Shown in pieces: positions 20,667 to 29,988 of a DNA stretch of 64,000 bases. The notes beneath the pieces were generated by a model that searched no databases, was not told where the DNA came from, and was given only the letters and a program-made list of their open reading frames with translations. The translations under genes and the position numbers were made by a program. This DNA comes from an uncultured archaeon. Lineage in GTDB: Archaea; Altiarchaeota; Altiarchaeia; JAFGQM01. The DNA is taken from the NCBI GenBank assembly GCA_964592405.1, contig CAZQBY010000007.1, positions 1-64,000 of the forward strand, read 5' to 3'. Position 1 is the first letter of the stretch, and each line of letters starts with the position of its first letter.

Positions 20667-21227
20667 ATGGTATTCCATGACACTCTTAGACCCATAGACA
20701 AAGGCATAACGAAGACTGTACTGATAGCTCTGGCCATCATTATAGTCGCTGTGGGTGTTGCAATATTTGCACTTAGTACAATCCTAAGTTCTGTTGATGT
20801 CGAGCCGGTAGTCTACGGTTTGGTGGTTATATGGGTTGGGAGTCTAGCATTCTTCTATGCAGTCATAACCGAGGAACACACCATGAAAGAGATTTTCCTG
20901 CGTCAGGGATATTTCTTCACAGGACTGGTGGCTATGATATTTGGTGTCTTCTTTATTTCATTGGCGGGTTTGTCATCACCAATAGGCGATGTTTCACTGG
21001 TAGAATTTGGTCTTCTTCTGCTTGTCGGTGGGGCAGTTCTAGTCCTGCTCTCGGCCAAGAAGGCGCGGGATTACAGCAAGCGAAGTGGTTTTATAGCCAT
21101 TTTTGGCAGTATTATGCTCATCATAGGCGGTGTTATGGCCGGAAGCATAAATGTGTCATACGCCGGGATCTTTATCCTTATCTTCTCAGCGGTCTGGCTT
21201 GGACTGAGGAGCAAGTGGGCAATTTGA
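20667..21227 (+). CDS. Multi-pass membrane protein, unknown function
   Basis: About six hydrophobic segments. Confidence 0.7.
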   Translation: MVFHDTLRPIDKGITKTVLIALAIIIVAVGVAIFALSTILSSVDVEPVVYGLVVIWVGSLAFFYAVITEEHTMKEIFLRQGYFFTGLVAMIFGVFFISLAGLSSPIGDVSLVEFGLLLLVGGAVLVLLSAKKARDYSKRSGFIAIFGSIMLIIGGVMAGSINVSYAGIFILIFSAVWLGLRSKWAI

Positions 21228-21296
21228 ACATCTATGCCAATTTAGACTATAGGATTTATTGTTATTTTTTGAGCTTTTTTCCATAAATTAGAATCA

Positions 21297-21950
21297 ATGT
21301 GTCCAAGAAATCGAAGGGATAAAGTACGGACAACCCGGCCGGGGTTTCTTACAAGGGTTAGCAGGCGCTTAGGCATATGGCGGTTTGCCCGGCTGGATGA
21401 GGCTCATCTTCCGGACAGGAGATATAGGCCGGAATGGGACGTGAAGGGTGGAAAATCGCCACGGATGCATTACATAAAGGCACAAAAAATGACTGAGCGG
21501 TTATTAAGGGAAAATCCAAGACTCCGGGAGCTCAAAGAGATTTGGAGTGAATACCAGAAAACCGGCAATCCCGTAGCCGGAATGGACCGGTTGAAGACTT
21601 TCATTGAAAGAGTCAGAGGAGACGGGCTGAGAGTTGAGATGGTTCCAGAAGGGCATGTAGAAGAGGGTCTTGTGCACATCGATCCGAAGAAGGGGAGACT
21701 GGCCGGAACGGCAAGAGACTATGCGAAGGCCAGAAACCAAGGCACGGTTTTGGGGGATGGCATATATATCGAGAAGCCTATTAGAAGTGAGGGCTTTGAG
21801 AGATTCTTCAGGACATTCGCCCATGAATATGGGACATATATCCTTAGAAATATCTTCCGGGGAAAGAGAAATATTCCACATTATGGAGATACCTATCTCT
21901 ACATAACCCACTACCTTGATGAGAGTCTCATGCCGCCAAAAAAAGAGTAA
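21297..21950 (+). CDS. Orphan protein with Arg-rich N-terminus and a degenerate zincin-like FAHEYG motif
   Basis: 217-aa ORF behind an AT-rich promoter-like region. Confidence 0.6.
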   Translation: MCPRNRRDKVRTTRPGFLTRVSRRLGIWRFARLDEAHLPDRRYRPEWDVKGGKSPRMHYIKAQKMTERLLRENPRLRELKEIWSEYQKTGNPVAGMDRLKTFIERVRGDGLRVEMVPEGHVEEGLVHIDPKKGRLAGTARDYAKARNQGTVLGDGIYIEKPIRSEGFERFFRTFAHEYGTYILRNIFRGKRNIPHYGDTYLYITHYLDESLMPPKKE

Positions 21951-21979
21951 TTTTTGTCTTTAGACATTTGCATATCGCT

Positions 21980-22141
21980 ATGACAAGTGGAGGGGAAAGG
22001 CAAAAGGCCAGTGGAATTGTAATCCAGCTAGACAAGAGCCGGTTGGAAAGCTGGCCCGAAGGCAGGAGAATACAGGAATGTTTCCACTTAGTTTTGGAAC
22101 GTATCAGAAAGGGAAACAATATTGAATTTTGGGGTATATAG
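21980..22141 (+). CDS. Possible 53-aa small protein
   Basis: ORF MTSGGERQKASG...IEFWGI fills the gap before nmd3; no recognisable motif. Confidence 0.35.
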   Translation: MTSGGERQKASGIVIQLDKSRLESWPEGRRIQECFHLVLERIRKGNNIEFWGI

Positions 22142-22162
22142 GCCCCGCCGGACAAATTCTCC

Positions 22163-22825
22163 ATGGTCTGTCCATTATGTGGAGGGAAATCGGAAGTTGG
22201 TCTTTTCTGCTCAGAATGCTACCTAAGGAAGAACCTCAGGATAGAGCTGCCCGGCGTCATCGAGTTGACGAAATGCAGGGGGTGTAATGCCTTCCTCATC
22301 AAGGGCAAATGGACTAGGGGCATAACAGAAGAGGACGCCGTGATGCATGCAGTGGAAGCCGCACTCAAGACCAATATCAAGCGCTTGGATAAGGCAGGCA
22401 TCATCAATATAGAAGTGGAGAAGGCCCAAAGAGGATATGAGGCCACCGTCAGGATAATAATTGGCGAATCCGAGACCAAAAAGCGGGCAAGAGTTGATAT
22501 CAGGACAATCGCCTGTCCGGACTGCAGTCGGCTGGCAGGTGGATACTTTGAGGCTGTTCTGCAGCTGCGCGGTGCCGTAGGCAAAAGCATTGTTGAGCAG
22601 ATAGTCAATAAGGTTGAAAGCCATAAGGACCGCTTCTCGTTCGTTGCAGACGTCAAGAAGGTGCGGGGAGGATATGACATCTATCTTGGTAGCAAGAAAT
22701 CCGCAGAAAAGATAGTCAAGGTTTTTCGCGGTGATGCAGAGATAAAAAAGAGTTTCGAGCAGGTGGGTATGGATCGTCAGAGCGGCAAGACAAAGTACCG
22801 TTTTTACTACCTCATACGATTTTGA
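22163..22825 (+). CDS. Archaeal NMD3-family protein (short form)
   Basis: CPLCG..CSEC, CRGC, CPDCSRLAGGYFEAVLQLR. Confidence 0.88.
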   Translation: MVCPLCGGKSEVGLFCSECYLRKNLRIELPGVIELTKCRGCNAFLIKGKWTRGITEEDAVMHAVEAALKTNIKRLDKAGIINIEVEKAQRGYEATVRIIIGESETKKRARVDIRTIACPDCSRLAGGYFEAVLQLRGAVGKSIVEQIVNKVESHKDRFSFVADVKKVRGGYDIYLGSKKSAEKIVKVFRGDAEIKKSFEQVGMDRQSGKTKYRFYYLIRF

Positions 22826-22882
22826 GCCTGATCTGGTTTTTAGTTGTCTGGCTTTTAAGCTTGTAAGAGCAATTTAGGGGTA

Positions 22883-23209
22883 ATGGCATATGGAAAATCC
22901 GGCAATAAGAATAATAGTGGGCAGGGAGAAGGTCCAATCAGGGTTAAAACTCCAAATAAGGGCCAAGTGCTTGGAATAATAGAGGAACGTCTCGGAAACC
23001 GGCGCTCCAAGGTAAGATGCAGTGATGGGCATATAAGAATCTGCCGCATACCTGGACGCGTTAGGAAAAGGATGTGGACACGGGAAGGAGACATCGTTCT
23101 TGTTGAACCCTGGTCTGTCCAGACGGAAGAACGCGGTGACCTTCTCCTTACGTATAGTAAACCACAAATAGAGTGGCTGGAGAAACGGGGTTTTCTTGAC
23201 TCCTTATAA
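22883..23209 (+). CDS. Translation initiation factor aIF-1A
   Basis: RLGN..VRCSDG..RICRIPGR..KRMW. Confidence 0.95.
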   Translation: MAYGKSGNKNNSGQGEGPIRVKTPNKGQVLGIIEERLGNRRSKVRCSDGHIRICRIPGRVRKRMWTREGDIVLVEPWSVQTEERGDLLLTYSKPQIEWLEKRGFLDSL

Positions 23210-23953
23210 GTTTTTCAGGAACTCCTCCTCTGAGAAATGCAATGTTGCAGGGACTATCAGGATGTGGGGAGGTATTCCAAATCTGTATTTTCGCAATTCT
23301 TCGGCAGTCCCGTATTTTATCAAGGCGTCACCCCCAAGCCTCGCAACACCTAGACATTTGGTATCTCTTCTGAAGATGCCCCTGTGTTCCCTGACCTCAA
23401 GATCCAGCAGTATTTCGACCGCCTCATTGACAGTCATGTACAAGTCCGTCTCGGATTTTACATCCAGAAGGAATAGAGTGTGTGCATTATGTTCCAGATT
23501 TTCAGCCAGGATATTATAGGGAGTTTTCGGGTAAAAGTTATCCTCAGGGTATGCAATAGTCGCAGTCTTGCCAAATTTGTAGATGTGTAATCCTGTCTCA
23601 CCGATAGCCGAGAGGACAGATGATGCATGGACTATCTCGACATGTATCCCCTCCCCACGTGCCTCTGTAATTAGCGAAGAATGGGTTGTCGCCACGAGGG
23701 GGTCGCCCGGGACAAAAAGCGCGATGTCACTTTTCTTGGCTTCATTGATCAATTTCCGGGACTTCTCTTCCAAGTCAGAACGCTGCAGTGTAATTATCTT
23801 CTTCTTTATCCTTTCTTCCAAGGCTCTTAGGGAGCCACGCCATGGAGATGTATAGAGTTCAGCGTAAGCTCTATCACATTGTTTTGCTACTTTGATTCCC
23901 TTAAGTGTAACATCATTTTCGTCGTACAATCCAAGGCCAATGAGGTAAAGCAT
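23204..23953 (-). CDS. dph5: Diphthine synthase
   Basis: MLYLIGLGL, ELYTS, GDPLVATTH, YKFGKT, HTLFLLD. Confidence 0.95.
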   Translation of the reverse strand: MLYLIGLGLYDENDVTLKGIKVAKQCDRAYAELYTSPWRGSLRALEERIKKKIITLQRSDLEEKSRKLINEAKKSDIALFVPGDPLVATTHSSLITEARGEGIHVEIVHASSVLSAIGETGLHIYKFGKTATIAYPEDNFYPKTPYNILAENLEHNAHTLFLLDVKSETDLYMTVNEAVEILLDLEVREHRGIFRRDTKCLGVARLGGDALIKYGTAEELRKYRFGIPPHILIVPATLHFSEEEFLKNL

Positions 23954-23994
23954 TTTTAATCACATCACTATTAATTAGCTTAATTAGCGGCAAA

Positions 23995-24507
23995 ATGGAC
24001 TTAAAGAAGTTTATCCGCGACATACCCGACTTCCCCAAGGAGGGGATAATCTTCAAGGACATAACACCACTCCTGCAGAACCCGCAGGCCTTCAATCAGG
24101 CCATAGTGGACATGTACAATGCAGTCAGGCACAAGAAGTTTGACTATGTTGTCTCCATGGAGGCGCGCGGTTTCATATTCGGCGCGCCGCTGGCCCTGAA
24201 GCTGGGGGCCGGATTCGTGCCGATAAGGAAGCCGGGCAAGCTGCCCTACAAGACCAGGGAGGCTGTCTGCATGAAGGAATATGGAGAAGACAAGCTGTGC
24301 ATCCACGAGGATGCCCTGACCTACGGCAGCTCCGTTCTGATCGTGGACGACCTGCTTGCCACCGGAGGCACCGTCCAGACCACGGCTAAGCTGGTCGAGG
24401 AGGTGGGCGGCAGGGTGGAGCACATACTGTTTCTAATAGAGTTGTCATTCCTGAACGGCAGAGAGAAGCTGCAGGGCTACCCGATAACGTCGCTGATAAC
24501 TTACTAG
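23995..24507 (+). CDS. apt: Adenine phosphoribosyltransferase (bacterial type)
   Basis: IPDFPKEGIIFKDIT, EARGF, RKPGKLP, VDDLLATGGT. Confidence 0.95.
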   Translation: MDLKKFIRDIPDFPKEGIIFKDITPLLQNPQAFNQAIVDMYNAVRHKKFDYVVSMEARGFIFGAPLALKLGAGFVPIRKPGKLPYKTREAVCMKEYGEDKLCIHEDALTYGSSVLIVDDLLATGGTVQTTAKLVEEVGGRVEHILFLIELSFLNGREKLQGYPITSLITY

Positions 24508-25295
24508 AGGCGCGCGTGCTCCATGGCCGAGCCGCAGCCGCAACCCCGCTCTTCGGGCAGGCTCTTGAGCACCTCGGCGATAAGCTTCTTGACCTTCTCG
24601 TTGTTCTCCCTGAATACGCGAGCCACCTCATCGGCTGTCACGGGCTTGGCGTTCGGGTCGCCCTTGACTCCGGCGTCGTAGTCTGTTATCAGAGAGATTC
24701 CTACATAGCACATCTCCTTCTCGCGGGCTAGGACAGCCTCCGGATACTGGGTCATGTTTATGACCTCCCAGCCGTTGGATGAAAACCAGTCCGACTCGGC
24801 GCGGGTTGAGAAGCGGGGACCATTGATGACTACTACGGTTCCCCTGTCATGATAAGAAATGCCCAATTTCTCGCATGCCTCGGCGGCGATTTTTCGCATC
24901 TCCGGGCAGTAGGGCTCGGCAAAGGAGACGTGCGCGACGTCCGGGCCGTGGAAGAAGGTGTCGTCGCGGTTGTGGGTCCTGTCCACCAGCTGGTCGCAGA
25001 TTACGAAGTCGCCGGGCCTGATCTCCGGCTGGAGGCTGCCTGCGGCGAACGGTGCGATTATGCGCTCGACTCCCAGCTTCTTGAACGCCTCTGTGTTGGC
25101 CTTGTACGGGATCTTATGCGGGGGAAAACTGTGCTTCAGGCCGTGGCGGGGGAGGAAGGCCGCCTCCACCCCGCCTATCTTCCCCACGCTGACAGGGGCG
25201 CTGGGGGCGCCGTAGTCCGTCTTCAGTCTCCGGTCCTCTTTCTCCCCGAAGAGCTCGTAGAATCCGGAGCCGCCGAAGATTCCGATTCTAGGCAT
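24504..25295 (-). CDS. mtnP: 5'-methylthioadenosine phosphorylase
   Basis: GGSG, PRHG, GPRFSTRAES, INMT, TDYD. Confidence 0.93.
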   Translation of the reverse strand: MPRIGIFGGSGFYELFGEKEDRRLKTDYGAPSAPVSVGKIGGVEAAFLPRHGLKHSFPPHKIPYKANTEAFKKLGVERIIAPFAAGSLQPEIRPGDFVICDQLVDRTHNRDDTFFHGPDVAHVSFAEPYCPEMRKIAAEACEKLGISYHDRGTVVVINGPRFSTRAESDWFSSNGWEVINMTQYPEAVLAREKEMCYVGISLITDYDAGVKGDPNAKPVTADEVARVFRENNEKVKKLIAEVLKSLPEERGCGCGSAMEHARL

Positions 25296-26298
25296 TTTTT
25301 AGTTTCTTAATCTCCTGAGGCTTAAAAATTCCCTTCTCTGTGATTATCCCAGTTATGAGCTTGGCCGGCGTCACATCAAATGCCGGGTTGCGCACCTTCA
25401 CTGCCTTCGGCGCTATGCGCACACTAGAGACCTTCTTCCCGTCCCAGCCCCACATGTCTGTGATTTCCTCTTTGCCCCTCTCCTCGATGGGTATGTCCAT
25501 GCCGGTCGGGCAGGAGAAATCAATCGTCGAGAATGGTGCGGCTATGTAAAACGGGATGCCGTTCTCCCTGGCCACCACCGCCTTCTCATACGTGCCTATC
25601 TTGTTGGCGATGTCGCCGTTGAGCGCGACCCTGTCCGTGCCGACTATGCACAGGTCAACCTCCCCACGCTGCATATAATGGCCCGCCGCATTGTCGGCTA
25701 TGAGCGCGTGGTCTATGCCCTCTTGAACCATCTCCCAAGCCGTCAGGCGCGCGCCCTGGCAGCGGGGGCGGGTCTCGTCCACCCAGACGAAGATTTTCTT
25801 GCCATTTTGGTGGGCTACTCTTATTGGCGCAAGCGCCGTCCCGTAGTCCACGCAGGCCAGCGCGCCCGCGTTGCAGTGCGTCAGTATGCGCGCGCCATCC
25901 TCGATGAGCTGCTCGCCCACCTCGCCGATTCTTTTGCACCTCTCCGCCGAGGCGTCAGCGTAGGCGTCCGCGACCTTCTTGGGGTCGCCGCCGACATAAT
26001 TCTTTTTGAAATATGCAATCGCATCGAAAAGATCATAGGCTGTTGGTCTTGAAGCTGCTAGTGTGGCAGCCGCTTCATCCAGCTCACCGGCTTCTGCGCC
26101 CTGAGCCATACCATAACATGCTGCTGCCCCTATGGCAGGTGCCCCCCGTATCACCATATCCCTTATTGCACATGCGGTATCCTTATATGTTCTGCAGGTG
26201 AAAAGCCTGAATTCATGTGGTATCACACGTTGATCTATCATGATGACCCCTTCTTCATCCATCCAGACAGACCGGTAGTCTTTTCCGTTGATTTTCAT
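25288..26298 (-). CDS. mtnA: Methylthioribose-1-phosphate isomerase
   Basis: IRGAPAIG, SRPTA, THCNAGALA, ETRP..QGARLTAWE, NKIGTY. Confidence 0.94.
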   Translation of the reverse strand: MKINGKDYRSVWMDEEGVIMIDQRVIPHEFRLFTCRTYKDTACAIRDMVIRGAPAIGAAACYGMAQGAEAGELDEAAATLAASRPTAYDLFDAIAYFKKNYVGGDPKKVADAYADASAERCKRIGEVGEQLIEDGARILTHCNAGALACVDYGTALAPIRVAHQNGKKIFVWVDETRPRCQGARLTAWEMVQEGIDHALIADNAAGHYMQRGEVDLCIVGTDRVALNGDIANKIGTYEKAVVARENGIPFYIAAPFSTIDFSCPTGMDIPIEERGKEEITDMWGWDGKKVSSVRIAPKAVKVRNPAFDVTPAKLITGIITEKGIFKPQEIKKLKNA

Positions 26299-26316
26299 CG
26301 CTTAGTTATAGTTTTA

Positions 26317-26976
26317 TTACTTTAATACCTTCCCTGTCTCCATATACCACAAATACAAATCCAGCTCGGCCATATCCATTCCAGCTAGTCTGGCGATTTC
26401 GGCAAGCTTCTTCTCGATTTGCAGATAAGCCTTCGATGTCATGGATTTTGGTTTTTTTACTAATCTGTATTTCTCTAGGAGATCCACTATGTGAAAGTCA
26501 ATTATTGTCACATCACTATAACCGATATTTCGTAGAAAGTGGCTGGCTTCCTTCATGCCCAGACCCTTTATATTTTTGACCAGCCACTTGCGCGCTGATT
26601 TTCCATCCTGTGTTATGTGTAGCATTGACATCAGCTCATCAATTTTGCTGCGTGCTGAGATGATATAATCTGTTTTGTTATTGTAGAATCTACAGACAAG
26701 TCGGCGTATTTTTTTCTTCAGCTCGGCCTTTCCTAATGTGATAAACCCCGCACCTATCTCCCTCTGTGCACATATGCATCTCTGAGCATTGCAGTTGGCC
26801 GTGAGCAAGCAGAAACAAAGTTCCCTGAAGATTATATCCGGACTGCCATGGCCCAGCTTCCGGAACTCATGCAAGCGCTTTTGTATACCCTTTCTAATAT
26901 CAGTCTTCTTCAGCTCCTGAATGTTTCTGAGCAGGTTATCTATTCCACTACTGCCCACATTTGGTTTATGCAACAC
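26317..26976 (-). CDS. ogg: 8-oxoguanine DNA glycosylase/AP lyase (Ogg2 type)
   Basis: ELCFCLLTAN, HhH KGLGMKEASHFLRNIG, IIDFH, LDLYLWY; start uncertain. Confidence 0.9.
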   Translation of the reverse strand: MLHKPNVGSSGIDNLLRNIQELKKTDIRKGIQKRLHEFRKLGHGSPDIIFRELCFCLLTANCNAQRCICAQREIGAGFITLGKAELKKKIRRLVCRFYNNKTDYIISARSKIDELMSMLHITQDGKSARKWLVKNIKGLGMKEASHFLRNIGYSDVTIIDFHIVDLLEKYRLVKKPKSMTSKAYLQIEKKLAEIARLAGMDMAELDLYLWYMETGKVLK

Positions 26977-27044
26977 GCCGGCTTTATAAGTGGGAATATT
27001 AAAAATAGTTTTTTAGCAGGGTAACATTAAATTGGATTGTTGTC

Positions 27045-28112
27045 ATGGATGACGTTGACAGGCTGAAGAAATTTGTGAAGGAGAAGTTTGCGTGCATTCA
27101 GACGGCTCCCTCAATACGAACTGCTTTAGGTGAGGCCTTTGGTATGAAACCGGGTGAGCTCGTTGGGGGGAGAGTCGTTGCAGCACTTCATCTTCTTGGA
27201 TTCAAGCGCGTCTTTGAGACGGACTTCGGAGCTGAGATCAGGGTGATGGAGGAATCGGCTGAACTCAAATGGCGCCTAGACAAGGGAGGGGAACTACCAA
27301 TGATGACATCCTGCTGTCCCTCATGGGTCAATCTGTGCGTTAAGAAGTATCCGGATATAGTCCACCACCTCTCAACCTGCATGTCGCCTATGGAGATGGT
27401 CAGCTCGCTGGCCAAGAACTACTTGGTTTATGAGAGGAAGTTTGGTGACATAAGCATCAGCGCAGTCATGCCCTGCTTTGCAAAGAAGCTGGAGGCTCAG
27501 AGAGGCCATACCGATGGGGTAATAACAGCAATGGAACTAGTCGGCTGGATGAAGGAAGAAGGCATTAATCTGCCGGATCTGAAAAACGGCTTTTATGACG
27601 CTCCCTTCGGCATGACATCATCTGCAGGAACAATATATGCCTCGACTGGAGGGGTGGCGGAAGCCACACTGAGGACGTTTGCAGCTCTCTACGGCGACAC
27701 TTGTCCCGGCGAACACCTATATGAGGAGAAAATAATTGCAGATGGCACACGGGAAAAGACACTCAAATGTGGAGAATACACCATCAAAGTGGCTATGGTG
27801 GAGGGAGTAAATGCTATTCAGGACTTCTGCCAAGGGATAAGGGATGGGAAATATCATGATTTCCATTTGGTGGAGATGATGTTCTGTCATGGCGGTTGCG
27901 TGGGCGGGCCGGGCATGCCCAATGCCGGTAATGATGCTTTTATAACCAGAAGGATACGCGCGCTAAGGAGATATGATGATAATGCGGTTCTTAGATCGGC
28001 CCATGAAAATCCTCTGGTTCAGGAGTTGTATAAGAACTATATTGGCAAACCTTTTAGCAAAAAATCCAGGAAGATCCTTCATGTAAAAGATTTTAAATCC
28101 ATGTGGTTCTAA
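27045..28112 (+). CDS. hydA: Minimal monomeric [FeFe]-hydrogenase (H-cluster domain only)
   Basis: L1 TSCCPSW, L2 MPCFAKKLE, L3 EMMFCHGGCVGGPG; C-terminal small-subunit-like SAHENP..LY...LH; no N-terminal ferredoxin motifs. Confidence 0.92.
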   Translation: MDDVDRLKKFVKEKFACIQTAPSIRTALGEAFGMKPGELVGGRVVAALHLLGFKRVFETDFGAEIRVMEESAELKWRLDKGGELPMMTSCCPSWVNLCVKKYPDIVHHLSTCMSPMEMVSSLAKNYLVYERKFGDISISAVMPCFAKKLEAQRGHTDGVITAMELVGWMKEEGINLPDLKNGFYDAPFGMTSSAGTIYASTGGVAEATLRTFAALYGDTCPGEHLYEEKIIADGTREKTLKCGEYTIKVAMVEGVNAIQDFCQGIRDGKYHDFHLVEMMFCHGGCVGGPGMPNAGNDAFITRRIRALRRYDDNAVLRSAHENPLVQELYKNYIGKPFSKKSRKILHVKDFKSMWF

Positions 28113-28130
28113 AATTGAGGCCCTATTGAA

Positions 28131-28700
28131 ATGACACTCCAAAACGTGGACAGGAATGAGAATGTTGGAGCCTACATAGCTAGATACTCATATGAGACTT
28201 TGCGACTTTACGCCTATCTCCTCATCGGCTTTCTTGTACCATTTACCCTAGGTCATCCACAGGAGCTTGTTGGGATCATAGTAAATGCTACACTCATTCT
28301 TGGAGCGATTGAAATTGGCCCGGTCTGGAGGGTTGCGCCCCTTCTCTTTGCGCCCAGTCTGGGGGTCCTTGCACGTGGCCTTATCTTTGGGCCCTTCACA
28401 CCGTTTCTAATCATAATGCTGCCATTCATCTGGACTGGAAACGCGATATTGGTGTTTGGGTTCCGTGAGCTCTACAGGAAGAGGAGAATAAACTATGGAA
28501 TAACCCTAGGGATATCGGCCCTAGTGAAGTCAGGATTCCTGTTCCTGAGCGCATTTGTCTTGGTGTCGGCGTCCATACTCCCGGTTTTGTTTCTTACGGC
28601 AATGGGGATAACCCAACTGTTCACAGCCTTGACTGGCGGAGTACTGGCCTTCGGGCTGCACAAGTCAGGAATCACGAGGCTGGGGGGGTTTGATAGTTAA
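28131..28700 (+). CDS. Membrane protein resembling an ECF-transporter S-component
   Basis: 189 aa, about six TM helices, Q..VG.IVNA, PS, PFI..GN, K..FL, QL.TAL.GG pattern; 18 nt downstream of hydA. Confidence 0.65.
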   Translation: MTLQNVDRNENVGAYIARYSYETLRLYAYLLIGFLVPFTLGHPQELVGIIVNATLILGAIEIGPVWRVAPLLFAPSLGVLARGLIFGPFTPFLIIMLPFIWTGNAILVFGFRELYRKRRINYGITLGISALVKSGFLFLSAFVLVSASILPVLFLTAMGITQLFTALTGGVLAFGLHKSGITRLGGFDS

Positions 28701-28777
28701 AACTGTGTTATATATAGCGGCATTGTCTAATTGGTAGGTAGTAATCGCTCTAATCCTCTTAAATCGGCATATTCAAA

Positions 28778-28910
28778 ATGGACAAGTATAAGTGCGCTGT
28801 GTGCGGGTACATATACGATCCTGCGAAGGGGCCCCGATTCGGGGGTGGCCCTAGGGACTGCTTTTGAGGACATACCCGACGACTGGGTGTCCCAGAGAGA
28901 AAGACCTTAA
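28778..28910 (+). pseudogene. Rubredoxin pseudogene
   Basis: MDKYKCAVCGYIYDPAKG, then frameshift to PDSGVALGTAFEDIPDDWV; second CxxC lost. Confidence 0.85.
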
Positions 28911-28979
28911 GGCCGTTGACAGGCTAGCGCACAAGATTGCCGAAAAGCATAAGGATAACAAAATAAAATAAGGAAATGA

Positions 28980-29576
28980 ATGGGTGAGAAGATGGACGAG
29001 ACTATACAAAACCTTGCGAAGGCATTCATAGGCGAGAGCCAGGCGAGGAACAGGTACACAATATATGCGAAGATAGCGAAGAAGGAAGGCTACGAGCAGA
29101 TATCTGAGATATTTCTGCTCACGGCCGACAACGAGCGGGAGCATGCCAAGTGGCTCTTCAGGCTGATAAACAAGCTGAAGGAGAAGAGCGGTAAGGAGTG
29201 GGACCCGATAACTGTGGAGGCTGAGGCGCCTACCACACTAGGCACCACTGCTGAGAACCTGAAGGCCGCAATCGCCGGCGAGCACTACGAGAACACGGAG
29301 ATGTATCCGGATTTCGCGGCCATTGCCGAAAAGGAGGGGTTGGATGGAATCGCACATCGCCTGAGGGCCATCTCAAAGGCGGAAGAGCACCATGAAGAGC
29401 GCTATAAGAGGCTGCTGGAGCAGGTGGAGGGCAAGACCGTCTTCAAGAAGGGCAAGAAGGTCCGGTGGGTCTGCAGGAAATGCGGCTACGTGCATGAAGG
29501 CGAAGAGCCGCCTGAGAAATGCCCGTCCTGCGACCATCCGAGGGAGTACTTCGAGCTGAAGTGCGAATGCTACTGA
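28980..29576 (+). CDS. rbr: Rubrerythrin
   Basis: GESQARNRY, EREHA, GEHYE, EEHH, C-terminal CRKCGY..CPSC. Confidence 0.95.
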   Translation: MGEKMDETIQNLAKAFIGESQARNRYTIYAKIAKKEGYEQISEIFLLTADNEREHAKWLFRLINKLKEKSGKEWDPITVEAEAPTTLGTTAENLKAAIAGEHYENTEMYPDFAAIAEKEGLDGIAHRLRAISKAEEHHEERYKRLLEQVEGKTVFKKGKKVRWVCRKCGYVHEGEEPPEKCPSCDHPREYFELKCECY

Positions 29577-29577
29577 G

Positions 29578-29721
29578 ATGGAAAAGAAATACTGGCGCTG
29601 CACGGTCTGCAACGACATCCACGGGGGTGTGGCTCCCCCGGAGCACTGCCCCACGTGCCATGTCGACAACGCGTACGTTGAGATAGAGGAGAAGGAAGCC
29701 AAAAAGGTGCTGGGACTATGA
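29578..29721 (+). CDS. Rubredoxin-like 47-aa protein (missed by the ORF track)
   Basis: MEKKYWRCTVCNDIHGGVAPPEHCPTCHVDNAYVEI...; ATGA overlap with the next gene. Confidence 0.8.
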   Translation: MEKKYWRCTVCNDIHGGVAPPEHCPTCHVDNAYVEIEEKEAKKVLGL

Positions 29722-29983
29722 AACCGGAAGAGCTGATAAAAGTCTGGGAAAGGTTTGTCGAGAAGAATGACTTCAAGCTTAACCCGGACAAGAGGTTCGT
29801 CGAATCGATCTGCGAGGGCGTGCTGGGCAACGAGAAGGGGTACGGCCTCAAGCTCTGCCCGTGCAGGCTGAGGGACGGAACAAAGAAGCGCGATCTTGAG
29901 CTGATATGGCCTTGCAACTTCAAGACGCACGACACTTGGAAGACGGAGGCAGGTGCTGGTGTGGTTTGTTCATAAAGAGGTGA
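29718..29983 (+). pseudogene. Ferredoxin:thioredoxin reductase catalytic-subunit-like gene, disrupted
   Basis: CPCR intact; second CPC reads WPC; the terminal [10 protein letters not shown] lies in another frame after about 29948. Confidence 0.8.
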
Positions 29984-29988
29984 TTCAA

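Noticed and set aside
28778-29983. Selenocysteine or programmed recoding to rescue rubredoxin and FTR
   Set aside because: Lesions are indels plus lost Cys codons, not in-frame TGA at Cys positions; no slippery site or SECIS recognised
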